A DNA stretch of 64,000 nt from Clostridia bacterium. Lineage in GTDB: Bacteria > Bacillota > Clostridia > TANB77 > CAG-508. The translations under genes were made by a program, and so were the position numbers. Below are positions 30,199-39,175 of the stretch, in pieces; positions within the stretch are counted from its first letter, which is position 1; each line of letters opens with the position of its first letter. The notes under the pieces were generated by a model. It did not search any database, was not told where the DNA came from, and saw only the letters and a list, made by a program, of their open reading frames with translations. Where the stretch lies: assembly GCA_045643205.1 (NCBI GenBank), contig JAZUKI010000007.1, forward strand, positions 1-64,000. Reading direction: 5' to 3'.

Positions 30199-32592
30199 TT
30201 ATAATCTTCTTGAAAATTTCTTTTCTAAATCAGCTCTAGAAATCTTTATTATTGTAGGACGTCCATGTGGACAATTATATGGATTTTCGCATTCTAATAA
30301 TTGTCTCATTAAATCTTCTACTTGATTTTGTGTTAATGTCATTCCTGCTTTAACTGCTGCTTTGCATGCAACTGTTGCTAAGAATTTGTATTCAACTTCA
30401 TCTCTATTTGTTCTAGCAACTGTATTTATTTCATCTAATGTGTCTATAAATAATTGTTTTGTATCTTGATCAATGCAAAAACTTGGAACTCCACTTAGTT
30501 TTACTACATTATCTCCAAATTCTTCGCACATAAATCCTGCTTTTTCAAATAATTCTTTGTTATCTTCAAAACTTCCCATTTGTCTATCAGTTAAAGTTAT
30601 TACGTCTGGTAAAAGCATTAATTGAGAATCTTTTTCTTCATCTCTATTATAATTCTCTTTTATTCTTTCAAATAATATTTTTTCGTGCGCAGCATGTTGA
30701 TCCATAAAATATAAATCATCATCTTTTGTAAACATTATATATGTTTTAAATGCAATGCCTATATATTTATATTTCAAAGTTTGGCTTTTTTCTGCATCAT
30801 CAAATAATGATTCATTCTTACCAATAGGTTGAATACTTGCATATTCAGCATCTTTTGCTTTTAGCTTTTCTTCATATTCTTTTTGTCCTGCTGAAACATC
30901 TCTTCCAAATAATTTTTTATACATTTCTTCAAAAGAAAGTTCTTTTTCTTCTTCAGGTTCAGCTATTGTTTCAGGTGTAGTATCTGTTGCAGGTTCTGTA
31001 TCTGTTGTAGTCTTTTCTTCAGCTAATTTTGTTGTTTCTTCAATATCTTTTTCTTCAGCCTCTGTTTCAGTTTTTTCTTCTACTAACTCATTTTCACTTG
31101 TTGTGTCTTCTGTTGCTTTAACATTTTCTAATTCTTCAATTCTTTCTTTTGCATCAATAATTGTGTTGTTCTCTTCTGACTCTTCTATTACTTCTTGGCT
31201 ATTATCATTTTCTTTATTTTCTTCTTGTTCTTTTTTTGCTGCTTCGTTTTTAGCAACAGCCATTTCTGTGTATTTATTTAAACCTTCTATTATTTCTTCT
31301 GGTGTCTTAGCTTTCGTTATTGATTCAATAAAGCTAATTCTTGTTTCTTCATCAACACCTTCAATTGTATTTTTAAAGTTTGAGAATTTTTTATCTTCTT
31401 CATTAGCTGTTTTATTTTCTTTTCCTAAATTAAATGCTGTTTCTTCTTCATCTGCTTCTACTTCTCCATTTGTTTTTTCAGCATTTTCTATTGTATTTTG
31501 TAAGCTCCAAGTTTTAACTCTATCTTTATTTTTTATTGTGCTATCAAAAATATCACCTAAAGTTTTATCTTCGCCTTGTACATCGCCTCTATCTGAAATT
31601 AAACTTGCTTTTAAAAGTGTTTCTTTAATTGCATGATATACAGATTTAAAAACTAAATTATCTTCTTGGAAACGAACTTCTAACTTTGCTGGATGAACGT
31701 TAACATCTACTTTCTTAGGATCCATTTCAATATTTAAAACTGCAAATCCGTATTTTCCAACTGTGATTAATCCTTTAAACCCTGCTTCAGTAGCTGCTGT
31801 CAATGTTTTATCTTTTACAAATCTATTATTTACAAAAAACATTTGACCTGTTCTATTATTTTTTGCAATTACAGGTTTTCCAATAACTCCTGTAACTTTA
31901 TAATCTTCATATGTATAGTCTACATCTAATGCATTTTCCATTGTGTCGAAACCATAGATAGCATAAATTACATCTTTTAGTTTTCCTGTTCCACGAGTTT
32001 GTATAATTGTTTTTCCAGCGTTAACTAATTTAATTGCAACATCTGGATTTGCAATAGCAATTCTTGTAACTTGATCTTCTATGTAACCTGCTTCTGTAAA
32101 ATCTTTTTTCAAAAATTTATATCTAACTGGTGTATTATAGAATAATTCCTCAACAGTAATAGATGTTCCATTTGGACATCCTTCTTCGTTTTTTTCTATA
32201 ATATCTCCACCTTCAATTCTAATTTTATATCCAGTAGTATTATCTTTAGTTTTTGATGTCATTGTTACTTTTGCAACTGCTGCAATACTTGCTAATGCTT
32301 CACCTCTGAACCCCATTGATTTAACTGTAGTTAAATCAGTAGCTTGTCTAATTTTACTTGTTGCATGTCTTTCAAATGATATTTCCATATCATCAGGTTC
32401 AATTCCGCTCCCATCATCAGTAATTCTTATATATGAAATACCACCGTTTTTTATATCAATTGTTATGTTTTTTGCACCAGCATCAATTGAGTTTTCTGTT
32501 AATTCTTTTACTACTGAAGATGGCCTCTCAATAACTTCACCTGCTGCAATTTGATTAATTGTTAAATCATCTAATAAAACAATTTTCCCCAT
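30199..32592 (-). CDS. mutL: DNA mismatch repair endonuclease MutL
   Basis: NQIAAGEVIERP, GFRGEALASI, DQHAAHEKI.FE, ACKAA, CPHGRP. Confidence 0.97.
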   Translation of the reverse strand: MGKIVLLDDLTINQIAAGEVIERPSSVVKELTENSIDAGAKNITIDIKNGGISYIRITDDGSGIEPDDMEISFERHATSKIRQATDLTTVKSMGFRGEALASIAAVAKVTMTSKTKDNTTGYKIRIEGGDIIEKNEEGCPNGTSITVEELFYNTPVRYKFLKKDFTEAGYIEDQVTRIAIANPDVAIKLVNAGKTIIQTRGTGKLKDVIYAIYGFDTMENALDVDYTYEDYKVTGVIGKPVIAKNNRTGQMFFVNNRFVKDKTLTAATEAGFKGLITVGKYGFAVLNIEMDPKKVDVNVHPAKLEVRFQEDNLVFKSVYHAIKETLLKASLISDRGDVQGEDKTLGDIFDSTIKNKDRVKTWSLQNTIENAEKTNGEVEADEEETAFNLGKENKTANEEDKKFSNFKNTIEGVDEETRISFIESITKAKTPEEIIEGLNKYTEMAVAKNEAAKKEQEENKENDNSQEVIEESEENNTIIDAKERIEELENVKATEDTTSENELVEEKTETEAEEKDIEETTKLAEEKTTTDTEPATDTTPETIAEPEEEKELSFEEMYKKLFGRDVSAGQKEYEEKLKAKDAEYASIQPIGKNESLFDDAEKSQTLKYKYIGIAFKTYIMFTKDDDLYFMDQHAAHEKILFERIKENYNRDEEKDSQLMLLPDVITLTDRQMGSFEDNKELFEKAGFMCEEFGDNVVKLSGVPSFCIDQDTKQLFIDTLDEINTVARTNRDEVEYKFLATVACKAAVKAGMTLTQNQVEDLMRQLLECENPYNCPHGRPTIIKISRADLEKKFSRRL

Positions 32593-32705
32593 AACTTATA
32601 GTATGATTATTTTTTAATCATACACTCCCTTCTAAAATTTTAATCTTTTGTCTATTTATGCAAAATAAATTATATCAATAAAATTTTTAATTGTCATTAT
32701 CTAAA

Positions 32706-33218
32706 TTAATTTGTAATATTTGTGTCTGCACTAGTCATTTTCTTTGTTTTATGTTTTTTATGTAAGCAAATTATCAGCAAAACAATTAGTGCTCCAAATG
32801 CTACTCCACATGAATCTATAAAAACATCTCTTACATTACATTCACGCTGTGCAACAAATAATTGATGAATTTCATCAGATGTTGCATATAAAGTTCCAAA
32901 TAGTTGTGTGTATAAATATTTAAATTTGTTTTTCATATTGAATGTATTAAGTAATAATACTCCAAAAATTCCGATTGGAACATATTCACTAAAATGTGCA
33001 ATCTTTCTTACAACAAATGTTAATGTTTCTTTGAAATCATATTGTTCTGCTTCACTCATTTGTTCATAGTTTGGAAATAGTTTTAATAATGTTTCAACGA
33101 ATTTTCCACTTTTACTAGAAGATTCTTCTCCATTATCGTTTGAAAAAATGCATATTAAAATACAATTTAAAATTATTATAGTTGAAAAAATTATTCTTGC
33201 TATTATCTTTTTATTCAT
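32706..33218 (-). CDS. VanZ family membrane protein
   Basis: FS...GE.S...S, RK.AHFSEY, YA.SDE.HQ.FV..R, DV.IDS.G; start moved to ATG 33218 behind AAGGAG. Confidence 0.85.
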   Translation of the reverse strand: MNKKIIARIIFSTIIILNCILICIFSNDNGEESSSKSGKFVETLLKLFPNYEQMSEAEQYDFKETLTFVVRKIAHFSEYVPIGIFGVLLLNTFNMKNKFKYLYTQLFGTLYATSDEIHQLFVAQRECNVRDVFIDSCGVAFGALIVLLIICLHKKHKTKKMTSADTNITN

Positions 33219-33414
33219 GATGTTCTCCTTTATTGTCTTCATTGTAACATTAAAAATTTTAGCATAAATCAATTTACATCTCAACATTTTACTATTCTTT
33301 ATGTTTCTAAAAACATAAACTAAAATTTGTTTTTTTGTTGAATTATCAATTTCCATTTGCTATAACTTAATTATGACTTATTTTTGATACTACTTTGATA
33401 CAAAGGAGGTTATT

Positions 33415-34722
33415 ATGGAAGAATTAAATAAAATTGATTTAAATACTTTGAATGATGATGTTCAAATAATTGATATTGCTTCAAAATTGCAAGATTATGA
33501 TGAAAGTGAAATTGTTAGACTTTGCTCCGCTTTGTCAGATGAAAAGTTGGCCATGGTAGTCGAACAGACTGATGAAGATACACAAGTTCAAATTATCGAT
33601 GCTTTAACTAATCATCGTACATTAAGTGTTTTTAATTATATGCAAAAAGATGATATCGTTGATATTCTAGGTAACCTTTCTATTGGTCGTAGTAAACAAT
33701 TGATTAATCTTATGAAAGAGGGCGACAAAAAAATAATTGCTACTCTTTTAGGATATAAGGATGATACTGCTGGTGGTATTATGACTACCGAGTTTATCAC
33801 AATGAATAAAAAGTTTACTCTTAAAGAAGCTATTAAAAAGATTCAATCGCTTTCTCCAAAGACAGAATTGCTTGATACAATTTTTGTTACTGATGATAGC
33901 AAACATTTAATCGGTACTGCTGAATTAAGAGATATTATTATAGAAGATGATACTAAAACATTAAATGATATTACTTCAACAAATTTTGTTTATGTTGAAC
34001 CAGAAATTGATCAGGAAGAAGTTGCAAGAATGGTTTCAAAGTATGACTTAACTGTTATCCCTGTTGTTAGCAAAAATATGATTATGCTTGGTATTATTAC
34101 TATTGATGATGTTATTGATGTTTTAGAAGAAGAACAAACTGAAGATGTTCTACAAATGGGTGGTGCTAATAAAGAAGAAACAATTGATTCAACTATTTTT
34201 GAATCAATTAAACTCAGAATACCTTGGTTGTTTGTTAACTTACTTACTGCATTTTTAGCAGCACTAGTTGTAAAAGTTTTTGAATCTACAATCAGTCAAG
34301 TTGTTGCTCTTTCTGCTATTATGGGAATTATTTCTGGTATGGGTGGAAATGCAGGTTCACAAACTGTTTCAATTATTATTCGTTCAATTGCTTTAGGAAA
34401 AATTCACTTTAAAGAAGGTATTAAAAGAGTTTGGAGAGAAGTTTTTGTTGGAATTCTTAATGGACTTATAATTGGACTTATTGCTGGTGTTACAGTTGCA
34501 CTTATTTATGGAAATTGGTTCTTGTGCTTAATTGTTTTATTGGCTATGATGTGTAACTTAGCTATTTCAGGATTCTTTGGAATTCTTGTTCCTTTAGTTT
34601 TAGAAAAATTACATGTTGATCCTGCTTTAAGTTCTTCAATTTTTGTTACAACAGCAACTGACACTTTAGGATTTTTAGTATTCTTAGGATTAGCAAATAT
34701 TTTCTTACCAATGTTAATTTAA
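33415..34722 (+). CDS. mgtE: Magnesium transporter MgtE
   Basis: DTAGGIMTTE, CBS pair, R.PWL, GMGGNAGSQ, DPA..S..FVTT.TD; AGGAGG RBS. Confidence 0.95.
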   Translation: MEELNKIDLNTLNDDVQIIDIASKLQDYDESEIVRLCSALSDEKLAMVVEQTDEDTQVQIIDALTNHRTLSVFNYMQKDDIVDILGNLSIGRSKQLINLMKEGDKKIIATLLGYKDDTAGGIMTTEFITMNKKFTLKEAIKKIQSLSPKTELLDTIFVTDDSKHLIGTAELRDIIIEDDTKTLNDITSTNFVYVEPEIDQEEVARMVSKYDLTVIPVVSKNMIMLGIITIDDVIDVLEEEQTEDVLQMGGANKEETIDSTIFESIKLRIPWLFVNLLTAFLAALVVKVFESTISQVVALSAIMGIISGMGGNAGSQTVSIIIRSIALGKIHFKEGIKRVWREVFVGILNGLIIGLIAGVTVALIYGNWFLCLIVLLAMMCNLAISGFFGILVPLVLEKLHVDPALSSSIFVTTATDTLGFLVFLGLANIFLPMLI

Positions 34723-34734
34723 TAAAAAGTATAT

Positions 34735-34769
34735 ACCCTATCAGTTAAACTGATAGGGTTATTTTTTTT
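34735..34769 (+). terminator. Intrinsic terminator of mgtE
   Basis: accctatcagtt/aactgatagggt hairpin followed by T run. Confidence 0.85.
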
Positions 34770-34784
34770 TCATAATTTTATACA

Positions 34785-34812
34785 AAAGAAAAAGGCCAGA
34801 ATGATTCTGGCC
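34785..34812 (-). terminator. Intrinsic terminator of Pro/Thr-repeat gene
   Basis: ggccagaat/attctggcc hairpin with adjacent A run on plus strand. Confidence 0.7.
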
Positions 34813-34854
34813 AAATTCTGCTGGGTGACTCTGCCACCTATTTAGGTTGCAGAA

Positions 34855-35508
34855 TCAATTTTCAAAAAATTTGAATGGATCATAGCCATAATGGCTTATA
34901 ATCCATGACCTAAATGACTCTGGGTCATTTTGGTCAATCTCTGCCGGTACGTCACCGGTATAAGTTATTGTAATCACTCCGTTATCATTATGATAACTAA
35001 ATGACCACTCACCTTGCACATGTTCCGGTTTAGCTGTTGACGTCGGTGCCGGTGTAGGTGTTGACGTCGGCTCTGGTGCTGTTGTTACCGTCGGTGTTGG
35101 TGTAGGTGTTGACGTCGGCTCCGGTGCTGTTGTTACCGTCGGTGTTGGTGTAGGTGTTGACGTCGGCTCCGGTGCTGTTGTTACCGTCGGTGTTGGTGTA
35201 GATGTTGACGTCGGCTCCGGTGCTGTTGTTACCGTCGGTGTTGGTGTAGATGTTGACGTTGGCTCCGGTGCTGTTGTTACCGTCGGTGTTGGTGTAGGTG
35301 TTGATGTCGGTTCCGGTGCTGATGTTGCTACTGTTGTTGCATCTGTTAATGCTTTATTAGCAGCATCCTTAGCCTTATCCGAACTACACCTTGTTATAAA
35401 AAATATTACCCCCATTATCACGGCAACAAATGCCATAATAAAAAGGACTATTTTTAATAACTTTTTTAACCGCCGCTTCGCAGCTACTTTTTTAGAAAAA
35501 TTCTTCAT
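34855..35508 (-). CDS. Membrane-anchored Pro/Thr-rich (mucin-like) repeat protein
   Basis: Basic N-term, TM, ~6 copies of APEPTSTPTPTPTVTT, short C-terminal globular domain; GGAGG RBS. Confidence 0.8.
   Translation of the reverse strand: MKNFSKKVAAKRRLKKLLKIVLFIMAFVAVIMGVIFFITRCSSDKAKDAANKALTDATTVATSAPEPTSTPTPTPTVTTAPEPTSTSTPTPTVTTAPEPTSTSTPTPTVTTAPEPTSTPTPTPTVTTAPEPTSTPTPTPTVTTAPEPTSTPTPAPTSTAKPEHVQGEWSFSYHNDNGVITITYTGDVPAEIDQNDPESFRSWIISHYGYDPFKFFEN
35036..35320. repeat. 48 bp coding tandem repeat, ~6 copies
   Basis: Unit ggtgctgttgttaccgtcggtgttggtgtaggtgttgacgtcggctcc. Confidence 0.92.
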
Positions 35509-35772
35509 TAGCTTACCTCCTAGTTGTTTTATATTATAAAGAATTTGTTTTTTCTTTTGAATTCTTTATATGCTTCCCAGCAAATTACAAAAAAGAATTC
35601 TACTTTAATTTTACTAGATTTTGGTATTTTTTTCAATGTTTTCTAGCTATTCAAGGCCTTCTTTACAATAAATAAATGTTAATGTAATTATGTTGTAATA
35701 TAAACTTAATTATACTTTAACACTATTTTTATATTTATAAGTTATAATATATTTAGCTTTTCACAAAGGAGA

Positions 35773-36621
35773 ATGTTTATGTTATTGATAAATAAAAATC
35801 ATAATCGTGATGAATTAATAGATACTATTTATTATTCTAACTTAGATATGGATAATCAAATTGATGATTTTTTTGATAATAAAATTTTATTAAAAGAATC
35901 TTATACTGAAGATAGTTCTGTATTAAGTAAAAAAGAATATGATCTTTGTGTTTCTGCTATAAATGGTAGTATTAAAAAGTATGTTAATGCTAAGAAAAAG
36001 CTTGCTGCTTTAAAAGAAAAAATTGAAGCTCTTGAAACTCAAGAATTATCTGCTGATATTATAGAAAGAATTGATTCATTTAATTCTAATTATCAAAAAA
36101 TTACTAGTACTATTTTACATAATAGTGTTATAATTTGTGCTACACTTGATAAGTTAAATCACATTGAACCTGAAATTGTTAAAAAAGAAATTTTTGATAA
36201 TAGCGTTTTAAGAATTTCTGAATTAGATAAAAAAATTTATTTACCTTATACTGTAGAAGAAGTAAAAGAAACATTAAATGATTCTGGAAAATATGTTTCT
36301 GAAGAAGATGTTATTAAGAATCATTTTACAATTTCAACAAGTACTTATTTAAATTTCTTTACTGGAAGATATAAAGAAGTTGTTTCTTTAATTAGTAGAA
36401 CATATAATTGTAAAGAGGGTAAATTATTTGCTCTTAAACAAATGTTTAATAGTACTGTTCATCCAGCTATTATTAGAGCATGCAAAACAATGAATGATTA
36501 TAAATATTATTTAAAATGTTTAGAAAATAATAATTTAGAAGATTTCAAATTATTTGAAATAAAATATGAAGTTCTACCAATACATGTTACTGTTAAAGAA
36601 TTTAGTTATACTAAAGAATAA
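35773..36621 (+). CDS. Hypothetical protein (N-terminal coiled coil)
   Basis: 282 aa ORF with AAGGGAG upstream; no family recognised. Confidence 0.7.
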   Translation: MFMLLINKNHNRDELIDTIYYSNLDMDNQIDDFFDNKILLKESYTEDSSVLSKKEYDLCVSAINGSIKKYVNAKKKLAALKEKIEALETQELSADIIERIDSFNSNYQKITSTILHNSVIICATLDKLNHIEPEIVKKEIFDNSVLRISELDKKIYLPYTVEEVKETLNDSGKYVSEEDVIKNHFTISTSTYLNFFTGRYKEVVSLISRTYNCKEGKLFALKQMFNSTVHPAIIRACKTMNDYKYYLKCLENNNLEDFKLFEIKYEVLPIHVTVKEFSYTKE

Positions 36622-36666
36622 TTTTTATTTATAATATACTAATTAAATTGATAATTTAATTTAAAT

Positions 36667-36703
36667 AAAAAAAGAGAACCAGATTAAAAATCTGGTTCTT
36701 TTT
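36667..36703. terminator. Bidirectional intrinsic terminator
   Basis: agaaccagatt/aatctggttct hairpin flanked by A and T runs between convergent genes. Confidence 0.8.
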
Positions 36704-36706
36704 ATA

Positions 36707-37294
36707 TTAATCAAAAATATCTTCGATTACATCTTCTATACCATCATATATTCTATTTTTATAAATTCTATTTGTATTTATATTTGTATTTGTAAAACCT
36801 CTAAATATGTTTGTAACTGCTCCATTTACTATTAATAGAATAACTGTAGGTAAAACTGCTAATCCACCTAAAATAAGACCAACGATAGCTTTTACATCAC
36901 CTTTTTTCATTTTTACTAAACCTATAATACCAAAAACAATTGCTAAAATAACTACTATTATATTTATTCTTGGTATCCACCAGAAAAAGCAAGATACAAT
37001 ACCTAAGATTAATGATGCTGTACAAAATCCGTTTCCTGGATAAGCTTGTGTAGGTTGTCCATATTGATAATTAGGTTGTTGGTATTGTGGTTGATATTGT
37101 GGTGCTTGATATTGTTGAAATGATCCTTGTGGTTGATATTGATTAACTGGTGCTGAGTAATTTTGGCTTGGAGCAGTATATTGTGTATATCCTGCTGGTG
37201 CTGTATATATTGGTTGTACTGGTTGTGTTGCTCCTACTACATTTGAATTTGTGTCAACAATTTGTTGTCCATTAACTAAATTTTCATTATTCAT
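36707..37294 (-). CDS. DUF4190-like membrane protein with Gln/Tyr/Pro-rich N-terminus
   Basis: ASLILGIVS, LAIVFGIIGL, AIVGLILG pattern. Confidence 0.8.
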   Translation of the reverse strand: MNNENLVNGQQIVDTNSNVVGATQPVQPIYTAPAGYTQYTAPSQNYSAPVNQYQPQGSFQQYQAPQYQPQYQQPNYQYGQPTQAYPGNGFCTASLILGIVSCFFWWIPRINIIVVILAIVFGIIGLVKMKKGDVKAIVGLILGGLAVLPTVILLIVNGAVTNIFRGFTNTNINTNRIYKNRIYDGIEDVIEDIFD

Positions 37295-37317
37295 ATTTTT
37301 TCTCCTTTATAAAAAAA

Positions 37318-38493
37318 TTATCTTTCGTCATCGTCTCTATCACGATTTTTATTTTTATTTTTATCTTTGCCATTTTGATTTATGTTTTCTTTATCTATTG
37401 AAAATTCTACCACAGTTACTTTATTTCTTCCAGTATTTTTTGATATATACATTTGATTATCTGCAGCTTTAATAATTCTACCTGCTAATTTTTCTAGTTT
37501 TTCTGTTTTTCCTATATCTATATCTTTAATTGTATCATAATTTACAAAAGCCATTCCCATGCTACATGTTAAATTTATTTCGTGTTCTCCAATATTTTTT
37601 AAATTTTCTTTAATTCCTTTACAAATTTCTTCATTTCTTGCTATGGCATTTTCAAAGTTTATATTTTTTAATACAATAACAAATTCTTCTCCACCAAATC
37701 TATTTATTGTATTTGCAGTTGTACTTGCTTTTATTTTTGAATCTATATTTGCGTTTGCTATATCTCCATGACGAATTGATTTATTAACATATTGTGCAAG
37801 TGCTTTTAAAACTTCATCTCCTACATCATGTCCATGAGTATCATTTACTTTTTTAAAAAAGTCTGCATCTAACATAGTTACTGCAAATGATTCATGCTGT
37901 TCTATTGCTTCTGCAATATATTCTGCAAGCATTGGTCTTAGTAATTCTTTTCTAGGAACTCCTGTTGTTGAATCAAGTGACAAATTCATTATCTCTTTCA
38001 TATGTGATGTAATATCAACTAAAACAACCATGCAGTAATATCTAAACTTTCTTTTTCTGTCTTCTTCTGAAACATCTTCTTGAATATTCTTTTCGCCTAT
38101 TTTTAGATATGTTCTTTCTACCTTATAAAAAGTTTTAGGTTCTCCTTTTTCATCAGGCATATATATTAATTCTTCCTCTTCATTTTTATCTTTATCAGTA
38201 TCTTTTAGAGTATATTCATTTTTTATATATTTTTTAAAACTCCTATATTTTAATATTTTACTTTGTCCTTCAATTGTTTCTGGATTTGGATATACAAATC
38301 CAGATTTGTCTTCTACAATACCTGAATCAGTTAATTCTTTTTCCATATCTGGCATAATTTTTAAAACATCATTATTTGATAATTTTCTTACCATTATCAA
38401 TGAGTTTTTGCTTTCCCATACTTTGCCTATATTTTCAAAAAAATTATTAGCATCATCAATTTCAATAAATTCTTTTGGATCATTAACATTCAT
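37318..38493 (-). CDS. GGDEF diguanylate cyclase
   Basis: D..TG, MLDADFFKKVNDTHGHDVGDEVL, RFGGEEF, T.S.G, AD..MY.SK..GRN. Confidence 0.92.
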   Translation of the reverse strand: MNVNDPKEFIEIDDANNFFENIGKVWESKNSLIMVRKLSNNDVLKIMPDMEKELTDSGIVEDKSGFVYPNPETIEGQSKILKYRSFKKYIKNEYTLKDTDKDKNEEEELIYMPDEKGEPKTFYKVERTYLKIGEKNIQEDVSEEDRKRKFRYYCMVVLVDITSHMKEIMNLSLDSTTGVPRKELLRPMLAEYIAEAIEQHESFAVTMLDADFFKKVNDTHGHDVGDEVLKALAQYVNKSIRHGDIANANIDSKIKASTTANTINRFGGEEFVIVLKNINFENAIARNEEICKGIKENLKNIGEHEINLTCSMGMAFVNYDTIKDIDIGKTEKLEKLAGRIIKAADNQMYISKNTGRNKVTVVEFSIDKENINQNGKDKNKNKNRDRDDDER

Positions 38494-38534
38494 TGATGTC
38501 CTCCCAAATTTTTAACGTGTTGCTGGTCATTATA

Positions 38535-38558
38535 TCATTTTTGGGCGGTATTATCAAC
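38535..38558 (-). promoter_or_regulatory. sigma-A promoter of the GGDEF gene (approximate span)
   Basis: TTGATA-17 nt-TATAAT with extended -10 TG. Confidence 0.65.
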
Positions 38559-38574
38559 AAAAATCGTTTTTTAA

Positions 38575-38615
38575 TTAAAAACAGAGCTAATTATGTAAAC
38601 CAGCTCTGTTTTTAA
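38575..38615. terminator. Intrinsic terminator
   Basis: ttaaaaacagagct / agctctgtttttaa inverted repeat. Confidence 0.75.
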
Positions 38616-38649
38616 TTTTTCTCTTTAGGGCAATTTTGCCATAAATTTT

Positions 38650-39150
38650 TTATTTATTTAATTTAAATATAACTTTGTATGTATAATTATCTTTATCCAT
38701 AACCATATAACGTGAATTAAGCATGATTTCTTTTTCAAATTCTATCTTTTCTGTAGTTGGTTGGCCATCTTTTATGTAGCTAATTGTTATGCCATCATCT
38801 GTTGTTTCTAGTATTCTTAAAATTACTCCGCCTTTGTCATCTATAATAGGAAAACCTGCTTCTTTTTCATAAATTTGGTTATTATCTAGAATTCTTGAAT
38901 CATTCATTGACCATCTTCCACCTAAATTTGGTTCACAGAAAGAATCATTTTCACTTATGTTATACCATCTATTTACTACATCTTTTTTAGTTCCATAGTC
39001 GGCAATTACATGCATTTGATATCCTGATGGTTTTCCTTCTGGAAGATTGCTTATAATAATTCCTATTATAGTAACTACTATAATTAAAGCAATCAAAATA
39101 CCAACTGCTTTTTTAGGATTTTCTTTAATATTTTTTATTAAGTCTTTCAT
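38650..39150 (-). CDS. Hypothetical N-terminally anchored exported protein
   Basis: 166 aa ORF with TM helix and AGGAG RBS. Confidence 0.7.
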   Translation of the reverse strand: MKDLIKNIKENPKKAVGILIALIIVVTIIGIIISNLPEGKPSGYQMHVIADYGTKKDVVNRWYNISENDSFCEPNLGGRWSMNDSRILDNNQIYEKEAGFPIIDDKGGVILRILETTDDGITISYIKDGQPTTEKIEFEKEIMLNSRYMVMDKDNYTYKVIFKLNK

Positions 39151-39175
39151 ATCTTCTCCTTATAAAATATTGTGC

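Noticed and set aside
33220-33414. M-box riboswitch upstream of mgtE
   Set aside because: Short, very AT-rich divergent promoter region with no recognisable structured leader or terminator
35036-35320. Regular 48 bp repeats as a possible CRISPR array
   Set aside because: Head-to-tail units with no unique spacers, in frame within a Pro/Thr-rich ORF, and no cas genes
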